A DNA stretch of 64,000 nt from an uncultured bacterium (GCA_963790795.1 CAWBPO010000001.1:140073-204072); one strand, 5' to 3'. Positions 1 to 8,414 are shown, counted from the stretch's first letter. Notes: a model not told the origin generated them from the letters alone. Numbers and translations are program-made.

Positions 1-1017
1 TGGCTGGCTGGCCGGAGGAAGAATATTGACCCAGGAGTTGCCTATTTTTACCGCGGCTTTAAGCTGTGAAGAAAGAAAATCAGGCAAACCTTTGAGTTTT
101 GCTCCGCCTCCGCAAATCAAAATAACTTCTTCTTTTGTGCCGTTTGGCGGCAAATGTTCGTACTGGGGACGAGTCCTGTAATAATCAAGGTATTTTTTAA
201 TTTGTTCGGTTAAATCGGTCAAAGGCGGAATTAAAGAATTAAAAACATTTTCTCCTGTTTTTCTCGACTTGCCTTCCAAGCCGTATTTTTTTTTCAAATT
301 TTCAGCCTTAATTAAATCTATTTTCATTGCTCGGGCTATAGCTTCTGTAAATTCCTGCGAAGAAACTGGCAAAGAAAAGGTAAACTTCACAGAATGCCCG
401 GAAAAAATGATAAGAGTGGTTTTGTTTGAACTAAAATCAATTAAAAAAACAGGATAGGGAGAAGTTTCTTTTTCTATTAGAGCGCGGGCAATAGCTAAAG
501 ATTCAATCTCCAAAACAACTGGCCTGATATTGGCTTTTTTAAGACAACTGATATAGGAATCAATTATTTTCTTGGGGAAAGCGACAATTAAAACATCAAG
601 ATGGTCCAAGTGATTATATAAAGGACTGATAACCTGATAGTCAAAATAAACTTCTTCCATGGGCAAAGGTATGTAATTCTCAGCTTCAAAAATTACAGCC
701 GACCTCAAATCCTCTCCTGAAAGATGAGGCATTTGAATTATCCGCAAAAAAGATTTCTCTTCCGGCAAGGAAACCACAGCGTCTTTTGTCTGCAGTTTTT
801 CGCCTTGAACTTTTTTAACTGCTCTCTTGATGATTTCTGCCAGTTTTTCCTGGTCTCTGATTTCTCCTTTTCTGACTATGCCTGTTTCCAAAGGCACTTC
901 TTTAAAGGAAGCAACGCTAAAAAATTGGCCTTGTTTTTTTAGCTTGGCAATTTTCAGGGAAAAATCAGAGATATCAAGACCAAAAGCTTTTTGTTTTAAA
1001 TTAAGAAAATTAAGCAT
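1..1017 (-). CDS. pilM: Type IV pilus assembly protein PilM (actin-like fold); C-terminal end runs off the window start
   Basis: Not in the ORF track because it has no in-window stop. My minus-strand translation from the ATG (complement of 1015-1017) gives MLNFLNLKQKAFGLDISDFSLKIAKLKKQGQFF...VVLEIESLAIARAL...ICGGGAKLKGL, a PilM/FtsA-like pattern. It lies downstream of pilB-pilC. Confidence 0.8.
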   Translation of the reverse strand, partial: MLNFLNLKQKAFGLDISDFSLKIAKLKKQGQFFSVASFKEVPLETGIVRKGEIRDQEKLAEIIKRAVKKVQGEKLQTKDAVVSLPEEKSFLRIIQMPHLSGEDLRSAVIFEAENYIPLPMEEVYFDYQVISPLYNHLDHLDVLIVAFPKKIIDSYISCLKKANIRPVVLEIESLAIARALIEKETSPYPVFLIDFSSNKTTLIIFSGHSVKFTFSLPVSSQEFTEAIARAMKIDLIKAENLKKKYGLEGKSRKTGENVFNSLIPPLTDLTEQIKKYLDYYRTRPQYEHLPPNGTKEEVILICGGGAKLKGLPDFLSSQLKAAVKIGNSWVNILPPASQP

Positions 1018-1032
1018 TATATAATAATTTTA

Positions 1033-1266
1033 TTATATTTCCACGCGCTTGTAATCTAAATCGCAATCGTCTTCTCCAATTCCATCAGCTTCATCTGAAA
1101 CGTAATTATTTTTCTTTCAACGAAATAATCCACGCTGTTCATATTAACGGCGCTGGTTGGCGATAGAAGTAGCGGTGATTTTGTTTTTTGAGATGCTAAT
1201 CAAAACGTCAACGAATGTAAAAGCTTTTGAGTTTTTTATTTCTTGCTTTAAACTTTGATCTTTCAT
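1033..1266 (-). pseudogene. Decayed prepilin-like gene (class III signal-peptide remnant) with in-frame stops
   Basis: The ATG overlaps the pilC stop (TAATG). Translation is MKDQSLKQEIKNSKAFTFVDVLISISKNKITATSIANQRR*YEQRGLFR*KKNNYVSDEADGIGEDDCDLDYKRVEI*. KAFTFVD resembles the G/A-FTLxE prepilin cleavage motif. The hydrophobic helix is eroded and there are two internal stops in a single frame. Confidence 0.3.
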
Positions 1267-2501
1267 TAAATTGCCCCCAACATTGAGTACATTGGTTGAA
1301 TCATTGAAATGGCGAAAAAGCCGATCGCTCCTCCAATAATAATCATCAAGACCGGCTCAATGACGGAAACTAAACCTTTCGTGGCATAATCTATTTCTTC
1401 TTCAAAAAAATCAGCCAATTTGGTAAGAATGGACGCTGTTTTACCGGTCTCTTCCCCAACTTTTATCATCTGAATAACAACCAAAGAGAATATGTCTTCG
1501 TGAACTTTTAAAGCGTCTGACAGCTTTTCTCCTTTTTTCACTTTTTCCAATGATTCCAAAAGCGCATTTTTGTAATAAACATTTCCAAGCACTCCCGAAG
1601 TAACTTTCAAAGACCTGATAATCGGAACGCCAGCAGCAATCAAAGAACTTAAAGTTCTTATGGCTTGGGCAGAATTTGTCTTTTTCACCAAAGAAGAAAG
1701 AATGGGTATCTTTAAAACCAAAGCGTCCATCATTTTTTTGCCTTTTTTTGTTTTCGAGGAAAGAACAAGGAGCAAAAAAAGAACGGCAATAATTAAAAGC
1801 GCGAAAAACCATTTTTCAGAAAGAAAAGTTCCCAAACCTATGACAACTTTAGTAGTAAGGGGCAGTTCAATGTTCAGTTCTACAAAGGTTTTGGCCAAGC
1901 TTGGCACAACCATAACCAACATTAAAATACCTATGCCGACCATTGCCGAAATTATTACTGAAGGATATATCAAAGCGCTCTTGATTTTTGATTTAAGCTC
2001 GTTTTCTTTTTCCAATTGCTGGGCTAAAATCTTCAGAACTTCGTCAAGATTACCTGCCTCTTCCCCGACTTTCACCATATTCTGAAAAAGATCTGAGAAA
2101 ATCTGGGGATATTTAGCTAAAGAATCGGAAAAATTATTTCCTTTGATGATTTCCTCGCTTATACCTAAAATGGCTTTTTTGAATTTTTTGTTTTTAGTTT
2201 GAGAAGATAAGGTTTGAAGGGCTTTCGGCAAAGCAAGGTCAGAGTCTACCATCACTTGAAGATTTCTGGTAAAAATTAATTTTTCAGATAAAGGAACTCT
2301 CTGACCAAAAGAAAATAAATCCTTGGATTCTCTTTTTTTTACTACTTCTTCTTTTTCTCCGGCCCTGACTAAAATAAAGCCCTGGTCTCTTAAAATCTTA
2401 GACAACTCTTTTTTATCTTTAGCTTGGGCAACTCCTGATTTTTCTTCTCCTTTTAAGGATTTGGCGAAATAATGAAAAATTGGCATATATTTATTATTCA
2501 A
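1266..2501 (-). CDS. pilC: Type IV pilus platform protein PilC (GspF family)
   Basis: 411-aa ORF with a duplicated T2SSF-type repeat (KVGEEAGNLDEVL / KVGEETGKTASIL) and three hydrophobic segments. It overlaps pilB by 8 nt. Confidence 0.9.
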   Translation of the reverse strand: MNNKYMPIFHYFAKSLKGEEKSGVAQAKDKKELSKILRDQGFILVRAGEKEEVVKKRESKDLFSFGQRVPLSEKLIFTRNLQVMVDSDLALPKALQTLSSQTKNKKFKKAILGISEEIIKGNNFSDSLAKYPQIFSDLFQNMVKVGEEAGNLDEVLKILAQQLEKENELKSKIKSALIYPSVIISAMVGIGILMLVMVVPSLAKTFVELNIELPLTTKVVIGLGTFLSEKWFFALLIIAVLFLLLVLSSKTKKGKKMMDALVLKIPILSSLVKKTNSAQAIRTLSSLIAAGVPIIRSLKVTSGVLGNVYYKNALLESLEKVKKGEKLSDALKVHEDIFSLVVIQMIKVGEETGKTASILTKLADFFEEEIDYATKGLVSVIEPVLMIIIGGAIGFFAISMIQPMYSMLGAI

Positions 2502-4248
2502 CTGCCACTCTTAAAACTTCTTCAATTGAAGTAATACCTTGGGCCGCTTTGATAAAACCGTCTTCAACCATTGTTCTCATTCCTTCCAATAAAGCTTGTT
2601 TTTGGACTTGGTCGGCGTCAGCTTCTTTTACTATCAATTCTTTTATAGTTTCAGTAACGGGCAATACTTCGTAAATGCCCAACCTTCCCTGATACCCTTC
2701 AGGGCAATCTTTACTGGCTTTGGGCCGGTAGAAAACAACGTCTTTTAATCTTTGCTTTGCCTTAATTATTTTTTCCTTTTTAAACGCTTTTTCAATTCTG
2801 TCCAAATCGCAATATTTTTTAATATTTTCTATTTCTGAATCTTTTAAATTGTATTTTTCTTTCTCGTCGCAAAGCCGCCTAACCAATCTTTGACCCAAAA
2901 TGACATTCAAAGTCGAAGAGATTAAAAACGGTTCAACTTTCATATCAATAAGACGGGGGAGAGCGCCAGCAGCTGAAGAAGTATGCAAAGTGGATAAAAC
3001 CAAGTGTCCGGTTAAAGCAGCATTGATGGCTAAACTGGAGGTTTCATTGTCTCTGATTTCTCCAACCATGATTATGTCCGGATCCTGTCTAACCAAAGAG
3101 CGAAGCCCGGAAGCAAAGGTTAAGCCGATTTTTGAATTTACCTGAGTTTGGTTGATTCTCGGCATTCTGTATTCAATCGGGTCTTCAACAGTTGAGATGT
3201 TTATGCCAGGGTTGTTCAAAATTTCCATCATTGAATACAAGCTTGTGGTTTTACCGCAACCCGTAGGCCCGGTGACCAAAATCATGCCAATCGGCTTCCT
3301 TAAATTATCCTGAAGCAATTCCAATGCTTCTCCTCTAAGGCCCAACTGCTCCAGCGTGAAAGCTTTGGCTGTTTCCGACAAAAGCCTCATCACTACTTTT
3401 TCTCCGTCAAAAACTGGCAGAACCGAAACACGAATTGAAAATTTATAATTTTCAGCTTCAACCCGGAAACGGCCGTCTTGAGGCAGTCTATGTTCATCAA
3501 GCTTTAAATTGGATAAAACTTTTATTCTGGCGACAATTCCCGAGCTGACTTGCTTAGGCAAAACCATGGCATCGCGCAAAATGCCGTCAATCCTGTATCT
3601 GACTATTACTTCCTTTCTTGTCGGTTCAATATGGATATCAGAAGCCCTTCCCAAAATAGCATGCTTTAAAAGCGTATCAATAATCTTGATTACCGGCAGA
3701 TCTTCAGCTGCTTTTTTTAAATCTTCAGCTTCCACTTTTCCTGTCAAAGTGCTTTCTTTTATTACCTTAATGCCATTGGCTTCTTTTTTTATTATTTCCC
3801 CGAATTCAGCTTCTAATGTTTTTTGGTATTGTAAAAGAACGTTTTTAATGCTTTCCGGAGTAGTCAATCTCGGCAAAATTCTAAAGTCAGATGTTTTTTT
3901 GATAAAATCAATTGTTCCCAAATCTTCCGGGTCAAGCATGGCCACTTCCAAGTCTTTTTCTTTTTTTCTGAAGGCAACGATATTGTTGGAACGGGCAATC
4001 GGCTCGGGAATAATTTTCAAGATTTCATCGTCAATCTTTTCTTTTTCCAAATCAACAAAAGGAATACCCAAGATGTAAGCTTCCATTTTAATCAGCTCTT
4101 CTTGGGAAATAATTCCTTTGGAAACCAGTATGTCTTGCACTTTCTGCCCTGTTTTTTCAGCTTCTTTCCGGGCATCGCCAAACTGCTTTTCATTAGTTAA
4201 TTTAGCGTCCAAAAGAAAAGCTTTTAATTGTTGCTGTTCTACTCTCAT
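2494..4248 (-). CDS. pilB: Type IV pilus assembly ATPase PilB (GspE family)
   Basis: 584 aa. It has an N-terminal T2SSE_N-like domain, Walker A GPTGCGKTT, and the GspE-typical DPDIIMVGEIRD and LTGHLVLSTLHT boxes. Confidence 0.9.
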   Translation of the reverse strand: MRVEQQQLKAFLLDAKLTNEKQFGDARKEAEKTGQKVQDILVSKGIISQEELIKMEAYILGIPFVDLEKEKIDDEILKIIPEPIARSNNIVAFRKKEKDLEVAMLDPEDLGTIDFIKKTSDFRILPRLTTPESIKNVLLQYQKTLEAEFGEIIKKEANGIKVIKESTLTGKVEAEDLKKAAEDLPVIKIIDTLLKHAILGRASDIHIEPTRKEVIVRYRIDGILRDAMVLPKQVSSGIVARIKVLSNLKLDEHRLPQDGRFRVEAENYKFSIRVSVLPVFDGEKVVMRLLSETAKAFTLEQLGLRGEALELLQDNLRKPIGMILVTGPTGCGKTTSLYSMMEILNNPGINISTVEDPIEYRMPRINQTQVNSKIGLTFASGLRSLVRQDPDIIMVGEIRDNETSSLAINAALTGHLVLSTLHTSSAAGALPRLIDMKVEPFLISSTLNVILGQRLVRRLCDEKEKYNLKDSEIENIKKYCDLDRIEKAFKKEKIIKAKQRLKDVVFYRPKASKDCPEGYQGRLGIYEVLPVTETIKELIVKEADADQVQKQALLEGMRTMVEDGFIKAAQGITSIEEVLRVAVE

Positions 4249-4264
4249 AAATATATTATTTGCG

Positions 4265-4636
4265 CTATTTTCCGTTTATGGCTTTTTTTATTTTCTCCAA
4301 TACCTCTTCCAAGCTGTAATTTGCTTTTACTAGATAAGTGGCTGCTCCCAGTTCCAAGGCTTTTTCTATATCCTCCAAGCTCTCAAGATTAGTTAAAACA
4401 ATTATTGGTATGGCTTTGATTTCTTCATCTTCTTTTATTTTCTTTAAAACATCGAATCCGTTCATTTTCGGCAGGATTAAATCAAGCAGAACCAAGTCAG
4501 GTTTTTTCTCCTTCGCCATTCTTAATCCTATTTCACCGTCTAAGGCAGAAATCACTTGGTATCCTTCCTGTGTTAAAACCTCTCCAAGGGTCTTTTGAAG
4601 AGTGAATTCATCTTCAATAAAAAGAATTGTTTTCAT
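4265..4636 (-). CDS. Stand-alone response-regulator receiver (REC only, CheY-like)
   Basis: 123 aa with the DLVLLDLILPKMNGFDVL phospho-acceptor region and a conserved Lys near the C-terminus. There is no output domain. Confidence 0.85.
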   Translation of the reverse strand: MKTILFIEDEFTLQKTLGEVLTQEGYQVISALDGEIGLRMAKEKKPDLVLLDLILPKMNGFDVLKKIKEDEEIKAIPIIVLTNLESLEDIEKALELGAATYLVKANYSLEEVLEKIKKAINGK

Positions 4637-4681
4637 ATTTTGAGCGTAAGCGAGAAATATATCCGCAGATATATTTTCTTA

Positions 4682-5629
4682 CTATTTTGTTGGTAAAGTG
4701 AACCAAAATGTCGACCCCCTGTTTTCTTTTGAAGTAAATCCTATTTTTCCTCCTGATTTTTCAATGATTGATTTGGCGATGTACAAGCCGAGTCCCGACC
4801 CTTCAGTTTGGTACCTCTTTATATTTTCTGAGCGAAAAAACTTCTGAAAAATGTATTTTTGGTCTTTTTTAGGGATACCGACTCCGTTGTCTTCGACTTC
4901 AAAATAAAGATTGTAATTTTTTTTCTTTAAATTTATTTTCACTTTTCCTTTTTCTTTTGTGTAACGGATGGCATTGTCCAAAAGATTGCCGATTGCTAAT
5001 TTAACTTGCGACGGGTCAAAAACAATCTGCGGCAAATTGTTTTCTGAATTGAACTCTATTTCAACATTAGAGGCCTGGGCTAAAATTTCGCTTTCTTTGA
5101 TTATTTTTTCAACTAAATCTTTTAAAGAGGCTTTTTCTCTTTGCAAAGGCAACCTCCCTTGTTCTATTCTTGAAACAATCAGCAAATCAGAAACCAGTTC
5201 ATCCATTTTTTTGCTGTTTTCTCTCAAAATTTTGAAGTATTCTGTTTGTCTTTCGGCAACAGGACAGATTTTCCCCGACATTAAAAGCTCAGTAACCCAT
5301 TTCAGGTTGGAAAGAGGGGAACGGAGCTGATGGGAAACAATGCTGACAAATTCTGATCTCATTCTGTTAACTTCTGCCAATCTTTCAAAACTGTGAGTAA
5401 TTGTTACAGCAATGATAAACAGGATAATGCTAGTGACAATAACTATTAAAGCGACCAAAAGCGGGTCGTCAATGTAACGGCTGCCAATAGCGTAGGCAAC
5501 CAAAGAAGAACAAATAATAATCATCCCCATTACCAAGAAAAGAAATTGAGGACATTGCCAAACAGACAAGCTGTATTTCCGGCATTGCTTGATAATATTA
5601 AGTTGGTCAATAATTTTTTTAAAAATCAT
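4682..5629 (-). CDS. Membrane sensor histidine kinase (HisKA + HATPase_c)
   Basis: H-box SHQLRSPLSNL, N box LLDNAIRYT, G boxes DNGVGIP and GSGLGLYI, and two N-terminal TM segments. I moved the start to MIFKK (5629) because the longer ORF-track start reads through tRNA-Pro on the opposite strand. Confidence 0.85.
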   Translation of the reverse strand: MIFKKIIDQLNIIKQCRKYSLSVWQCPQFLFLVMGMIIICSSLVAYAIGSRYIDDPLLVALIVIVTSIILFIIAVTITHSFERLAEVNRMRSEFVSIVSHQLRSPLSNLKWVTELLMSGKICPVAERQTEYFKILRENSKKMDELVSDLLIVSRIEQGRLPLQREKASLKDLVEKIIKESEILAQASNVEIEFNSENNLPQIVFDPSQVKLAIGNLLDNAIRYTKEKGKVKINLKKKNYNLYFEVEDNGVGIPKKDQKYIFQKFFRSENIKRYQTEGSGLGLYIAKSIIEKSGGKIGFTSKENRGSTFWFTLPTK

Positions 5630-5695
5630 TATTATCTTAGTATACCATACAAGAAAATTGACCAAAAGAGTAAGTTTTATTAGAATGGGATTGAA

Positions 5696-5769
5696 CGGGG
5701 CATAGTGTAACGGTAGCACGAGTCCTTTGGGAGGATTTAGTTCCAGTTCAAATCTGGATGCCCCGACCA
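5696..5769 (+). tRNA. tRNA-Pro (anticodon UGG), CCA encoded
   Basis: Hand-folded cloverleaf: acceptor CGGGGCA/TGCCCCG, anticodon arm AGTCC-TTTGGGA-GGATT, T arm TCCAG-TTCAAAT-CTGGA, discriminator A followed by genomic CCA. Confidence 0.9.
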
Positions 5770-5811
5770 AAAAGAGAAAAATAATCATATTAATTTGTTG
5801 CTCATTAAAAT

Positions 5812-5840
5812 TTGAACATTTGATTATATTCTGATATAAT
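5812..5840 (+). promoter_or_regulatory. Sigma70-type promoter with extended -10 (TTGAAC-17-TATAAT, TGaTATAAT)
   Basis: TTGAAC at 5812-5817, a 17-nt spacer, and TGATATAAT at 5832-5840. It sits 27 nt upstream of the 5868 ATG. Confidence 0.45.
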
Positions 5841-5867
5841 ATAATAAATGGGTTCGGAATATATTTT

Positions 5868-6539
5868 ATGAAGCCTTTAAGTTTAAAAGAAAAGGTTGTA
5901 GGTTATCGAAAACGAGGTTATTCTTACAGAATGATTTCGGAAAAGTTAGGGTTGGCAAAAAGCACCCTTAGTAATTGGCTAAAAGAAGTACCATATCATC
6001 CCAACAGACAGGTATTAAAAAGAATAAAGTTAGCACCTTTAAGGGCGGCTGAGCAAAAATCTAGGATAAAAATTGCGGAAATAAAAAGAATTAAAGGCGG
6101 GGCCAAAGAAGAAATGGGATTGTTAACAAAAAGAGATTTATGGTTATTAGGAATAGGTCTTTATCTCGGCGAAGGTTCAAAACTATACGAAAGCATTAGA
6201 ATAATAAACTCCGACCCTGAAATAATTAAAATATCTTTAAAGTGGTTTAAAGAAGTTTGTAAATTGAAAAATAAAAACTTTAACCCTTCTGTTCATTTAT
6301 ATCCAGACAATAACATAAAAGAAAGTATAAATTATTGGTCAAAAATAATGGGTGTTCCTAAAAATCAATTTGGCAAAACTCAAATTGATAGAAGAATTAA
6401 TAAGTCCGGAAAAAAGAAAAGAAAACTACCTTATGGAACTATTCATTTACAAATAAAAAGCTGGCGTGAAAAAGAATTTGGGAGGAACCTTCATAGAAGA
6501 ATTATGGGATGGATTGAAGCGATCATAAATCAAATTTAA
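5868..6539 (+). CDS. HTH + LAGLIDADG-like protein (possible free-standing homing endonuclease or degenerate derivative)
   Basis: 223 aa. The N-terminus has an HTH-like YSYRMISEKLGLAKSTLSNWLK. The central DLWLLGIGLYLGEGSK resembles a single LAGLIDADG motif with Glu as the acidic residue. The C-terminal tail is basic. The assignment is by motif only. Confidence 0.4.
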   Translation: MKPLSLKEKVVGYRKRGYSYRMISEKLGLAKSTLSNWLKEVPYHPNRQVLKRIKLAPLRAAEQKSRIKIAEIKRIKGGAKEEMGLLTKRDLWLLGIGLYLGEGSKLYESIRIINSDPEIIKISLKWFKEVCKLKNKNFNPSVHLYPDNNIKESINYWSKIMGVPKNQFGKTQIDRRINKSGKKKRKLPYGTIHLQIKSWREKEFGRNLHRRIMGWIEAIINQI

Positions 6540-6540
6540 T

Positions 6541-6615
6541 GCGGGTGTCGTATAGCGGTTATTATGCAACTCTTCCAAAGTTGAGATGGCGGTTCAACTC
6601 CGCTCACCCGCTCCA
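6541..6615 (+). tRNA. tRNA-Gly (anticodon UCC), CCA encoded
   Basis: Acceptor GCGGGTG/CACCCGC, anticodon arm CAACT-CTTCCAA-AGTTG, T arm GGCGG-TTCAACT-CCGCT, discriminator T then genomic CCA. It starts 1 nt after the upstream stop codon. Confidence 0.9.
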
Positions 6616-6622
6616 CAATCAA

Positions 6623-6647
6623 AAAACGGCCCTTAAAAGCCGTTTTT
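6623..6647. terminator. Bidirectional intrinsic terminator hairpin between tRNA-Gly and rny
   Basis: AAAACGGC-ccttaaaa-GCCGTTTT is an 8-bp stem flanked by A-run and T-run. It lies between convergent transcription units. Confidence 0.65.
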
Positions 6648-6658
6648 GCAATCATTCA

Positions 6659-8188
6659 TTATTTTGCGTGTTCAACCACTCTCATTTCCCTGATTACTGT
6701 CACTTTAATTTCGCCAGGATATCTCAATTCTTCCTGTATCTGCTTAGCAATGTCTTTAGCTAAAGTTTTTGCTTGTAAATCATCTACTTCTTCCGGCTTG
6801 ACAAAAACTCTAATTTCCCGGCCTGCTTGCAGGGCCCAAGCTTTTTCCACTCCTTGGAAGTTCAAAGCTATTTTTTCCAATTCTCCCAGTCTTTTCAAAT
6901 AGTTTTCCAAAGTATCTTTTCTCGCTCCTGGTCTGGCGCCTGATATCTGATCAGCTGTCTGCACTATTATCGCTTCAAGCATCTCATAAGGATATTCTTC
7001 GTGATGTGATTTCATAGCTGAAACCACTTCCTTTTCAACTCCGAATTTCTCCAAAATCTTGATTCCAATATCAACGTGAGAACCTTCAATTTGATGGTCA
7101 ACTGCTTTACCAATATCGTGCAAAAGACCTGCTTTCTTGCAAACCAAATGGTCTGCTCCAATTTCAGAAGCCAAGGCTCCTGCCAAATGGCTTACTTCAA
7201 TTGAATGAAGCAGAGTGTTCTGTCCGAAACTTGTCCTGAATTTCAGTCTCCCCAGCAATTGAACTATTTTAGGATCAAGACCAACCACGCCTGTGTCGTA
7301 AATCGCTGTTTCTCCTGCTTCTTTTATCTGTTTTCCAATGTCTGCTTCAGCGAACTGCACCTGCTCTTCAATCTTGGCAGGCTGTATTCTACCGTCTTTG
7401 ATTAATCTTTCCAAGGCGATTTTAGCGATTTGCCTACGAACAGGGTCAAATCCTGAAATAACCACTGATTCTGGCGCTTCATCAATAATAACTTCAACTC
7501 CTGTCAATCTTTCCAAAGTTCTGATGTTCCTGCCTTCTTTGCCGATTATTCTTCCTTTTATCTCTTCTGAAGGAAGATTCAAAGAAGTTGTTGTAATTTC
7601 TTGAGCTTGATTCAAAGCGCACTTTTGGATGGCAATAGTCAAAAACTCTTTTGCTTTTTCCTCGTACTTTTCCCAACCTTCTTTTTCCAGCTTTCTTATC
7701 TTTTCCAAAGCTTCCTGCTGGTATTCTTTTTCCAGATTCTGAAGCAGTTCTTTTTTCGCTTCTTCCTTGGAAATCTTGGCAATTCTTTCCAAATTGTCTG
7801 TCGCTTCCTGCTTTAATTTTTCCAAACTCTCCTTAATAGCTCTCAACTTTTCCACCTTTTCCTGAAATTCTTTTTGGTCATTCTCAAGAGTAGAAATTTT
7901 CTGGTCTAAAAAAGTTTCTCTTTTCAATAAAAGACGCTCGGTTTTTAAAACCTCATAGCGCCGACTATCTATTTCTTTTTTGGCGTTTTCCAAAAACTGC
8001 CTGGTTTTTTGTTCGGCTTCAGAAAGAATTGTTTCGCTCTCTTGTTTGGCTTTGAGAACTTTTTTTTGAAGTTTCGCTTCTAGAGTTCCCGCTTGTTTTT
8101 TGGCAATTGATTGACGGGCATAATAACCCAAAACAGAACCCAGGGCTAAAACAAATATGCCCACCAAAAGTAGGATAAATTGATTCAT
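6659..8188 (-). CDS. rny: Ribonuclease Y
   Basis: 509 aa with an N-terminal TM helix, a long coiled coil, a KH domain (IIGKEGRNIRTLE) and an HD domain (HSIEVSHLAG...LLHDIGKA). Confidence 0.9.
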   Translation of the reverse strand: MNQFILLLVGIFVLALGSVLGYYARQSIAKKQAGTLEAKLQKKVLKAKQESETILSEAEQKTRQFLENAKKEIDSRRYEVLKTERLLLKRETFLDQKISTLENDQKEFQEKVEKLRAIKESLEKLKQEATDNLERIAKISKEEAKKELLQNLEKEYQQEALEKIRKLEKEGWEKYEEKAKEFLTIAIQKCALNQAQEITTTSLNLPSEEIKGRIIGKEGRNIRTLERLTGVEVIIDEAPESVVISGFDPVRRQIAKIALERLIKDGRIQPAKIEEQVQFAEADIGKQIKEAGETAIYDTGVVGLDPKIVQLLGRLKFRTSFGQNTLLHSIEVSHLAGALASEIGADHLVCKKAGLLHDIGKAVDHQIEGSHVDIGIKILEKFGVEKEVVSAMKSHHEEYPYEMLEAIIVQTADQISGARPGARKDTLENYLKRLGELEKIALNFQGVEKAWALQAGREIRVFVKPEEVDDLQAKTLAKDIAKQIQEELRYPGEIKVTVIREMRVVEHAK

Positions 8189-8238
8189 AATTCAAGTTGA
8201 AAAATTGGTAATACACCAAAGTTCAAAGTTAAGCTAAT

Positions 8239-8281
8239 AATAGCAAACCGTAGTTTGATATATCGGACAAAGTCCGCTATA
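8239..8281. repeat. Structured 42-nt repeat, copy 1 (variable hairpin CGGAC-aaa-GTCCG)
   Basis: aatagcaaaccgtagtttgatatatcggacaaagtccgctata. It shares the core TAGCAAACCG(Y)AGTTTGATATATCG with copies at 8371, 43230 and 43269. Confidence 0.8.
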
Positions 8282-8315
8282 CGAATTAATGTTAGCAATT
8301 TTCTTCTGTTTTGTC

Positions 8316-8345
8316 AAAATAAAAAGCCGGGCTTTAAACCAGGCT
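8316..8345 (-). terminator. Probable intrinsic terminator after the clpP / pilin-like unit
   Basis: The minus strand reads AGCCTGG-tttaaag-CCCGGCT (6 of 7 bp) followed by TTTTTATTTT. Confidence 0.5.
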
Positions 8346-8370
8346 AAAAACGTTAAAAGAGAATAATTGC

Positions 8371-8414
8371 TATAGCAAACCGCAGTTTGATATATCGAAT
8401 CTTCGATTCGCTAT
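8371..8414. repeat. Structured 42-nt repeat, copy 2 (variable hairpin CGAATC-ttc-GATTCG)
   Basis: tatagcaaaccgcagtttgatatatcgaatcttcgattcgctat. It overlaps the TAG stop (8411-8413) of the pilin-like gene. Confidence 0.8.

Noticed and set aside
3509-4078. Long antisense ORFs inside real genes (for example 3509-4078, 11414-11833, 20762-21199, 44084-44503, 53723-54106, 16747-17103)
   Set aside because: Each lies entirely within a strongly supported gene on the opposite strand. Each has S/F/L/K-rich low-complexity translations typical of shadow frames in AT-rich DNA.
5630-5788. N-terminal extension of the histidine kinase ORF (track start at 5788)
   Set aside because: The extension (GASRFELELNPPKGLVLPLHYAP) is simply tRNA-Pro read on the opposite strand. 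The internal start MIFKK at 5629 gives a normal two-TM kinase.
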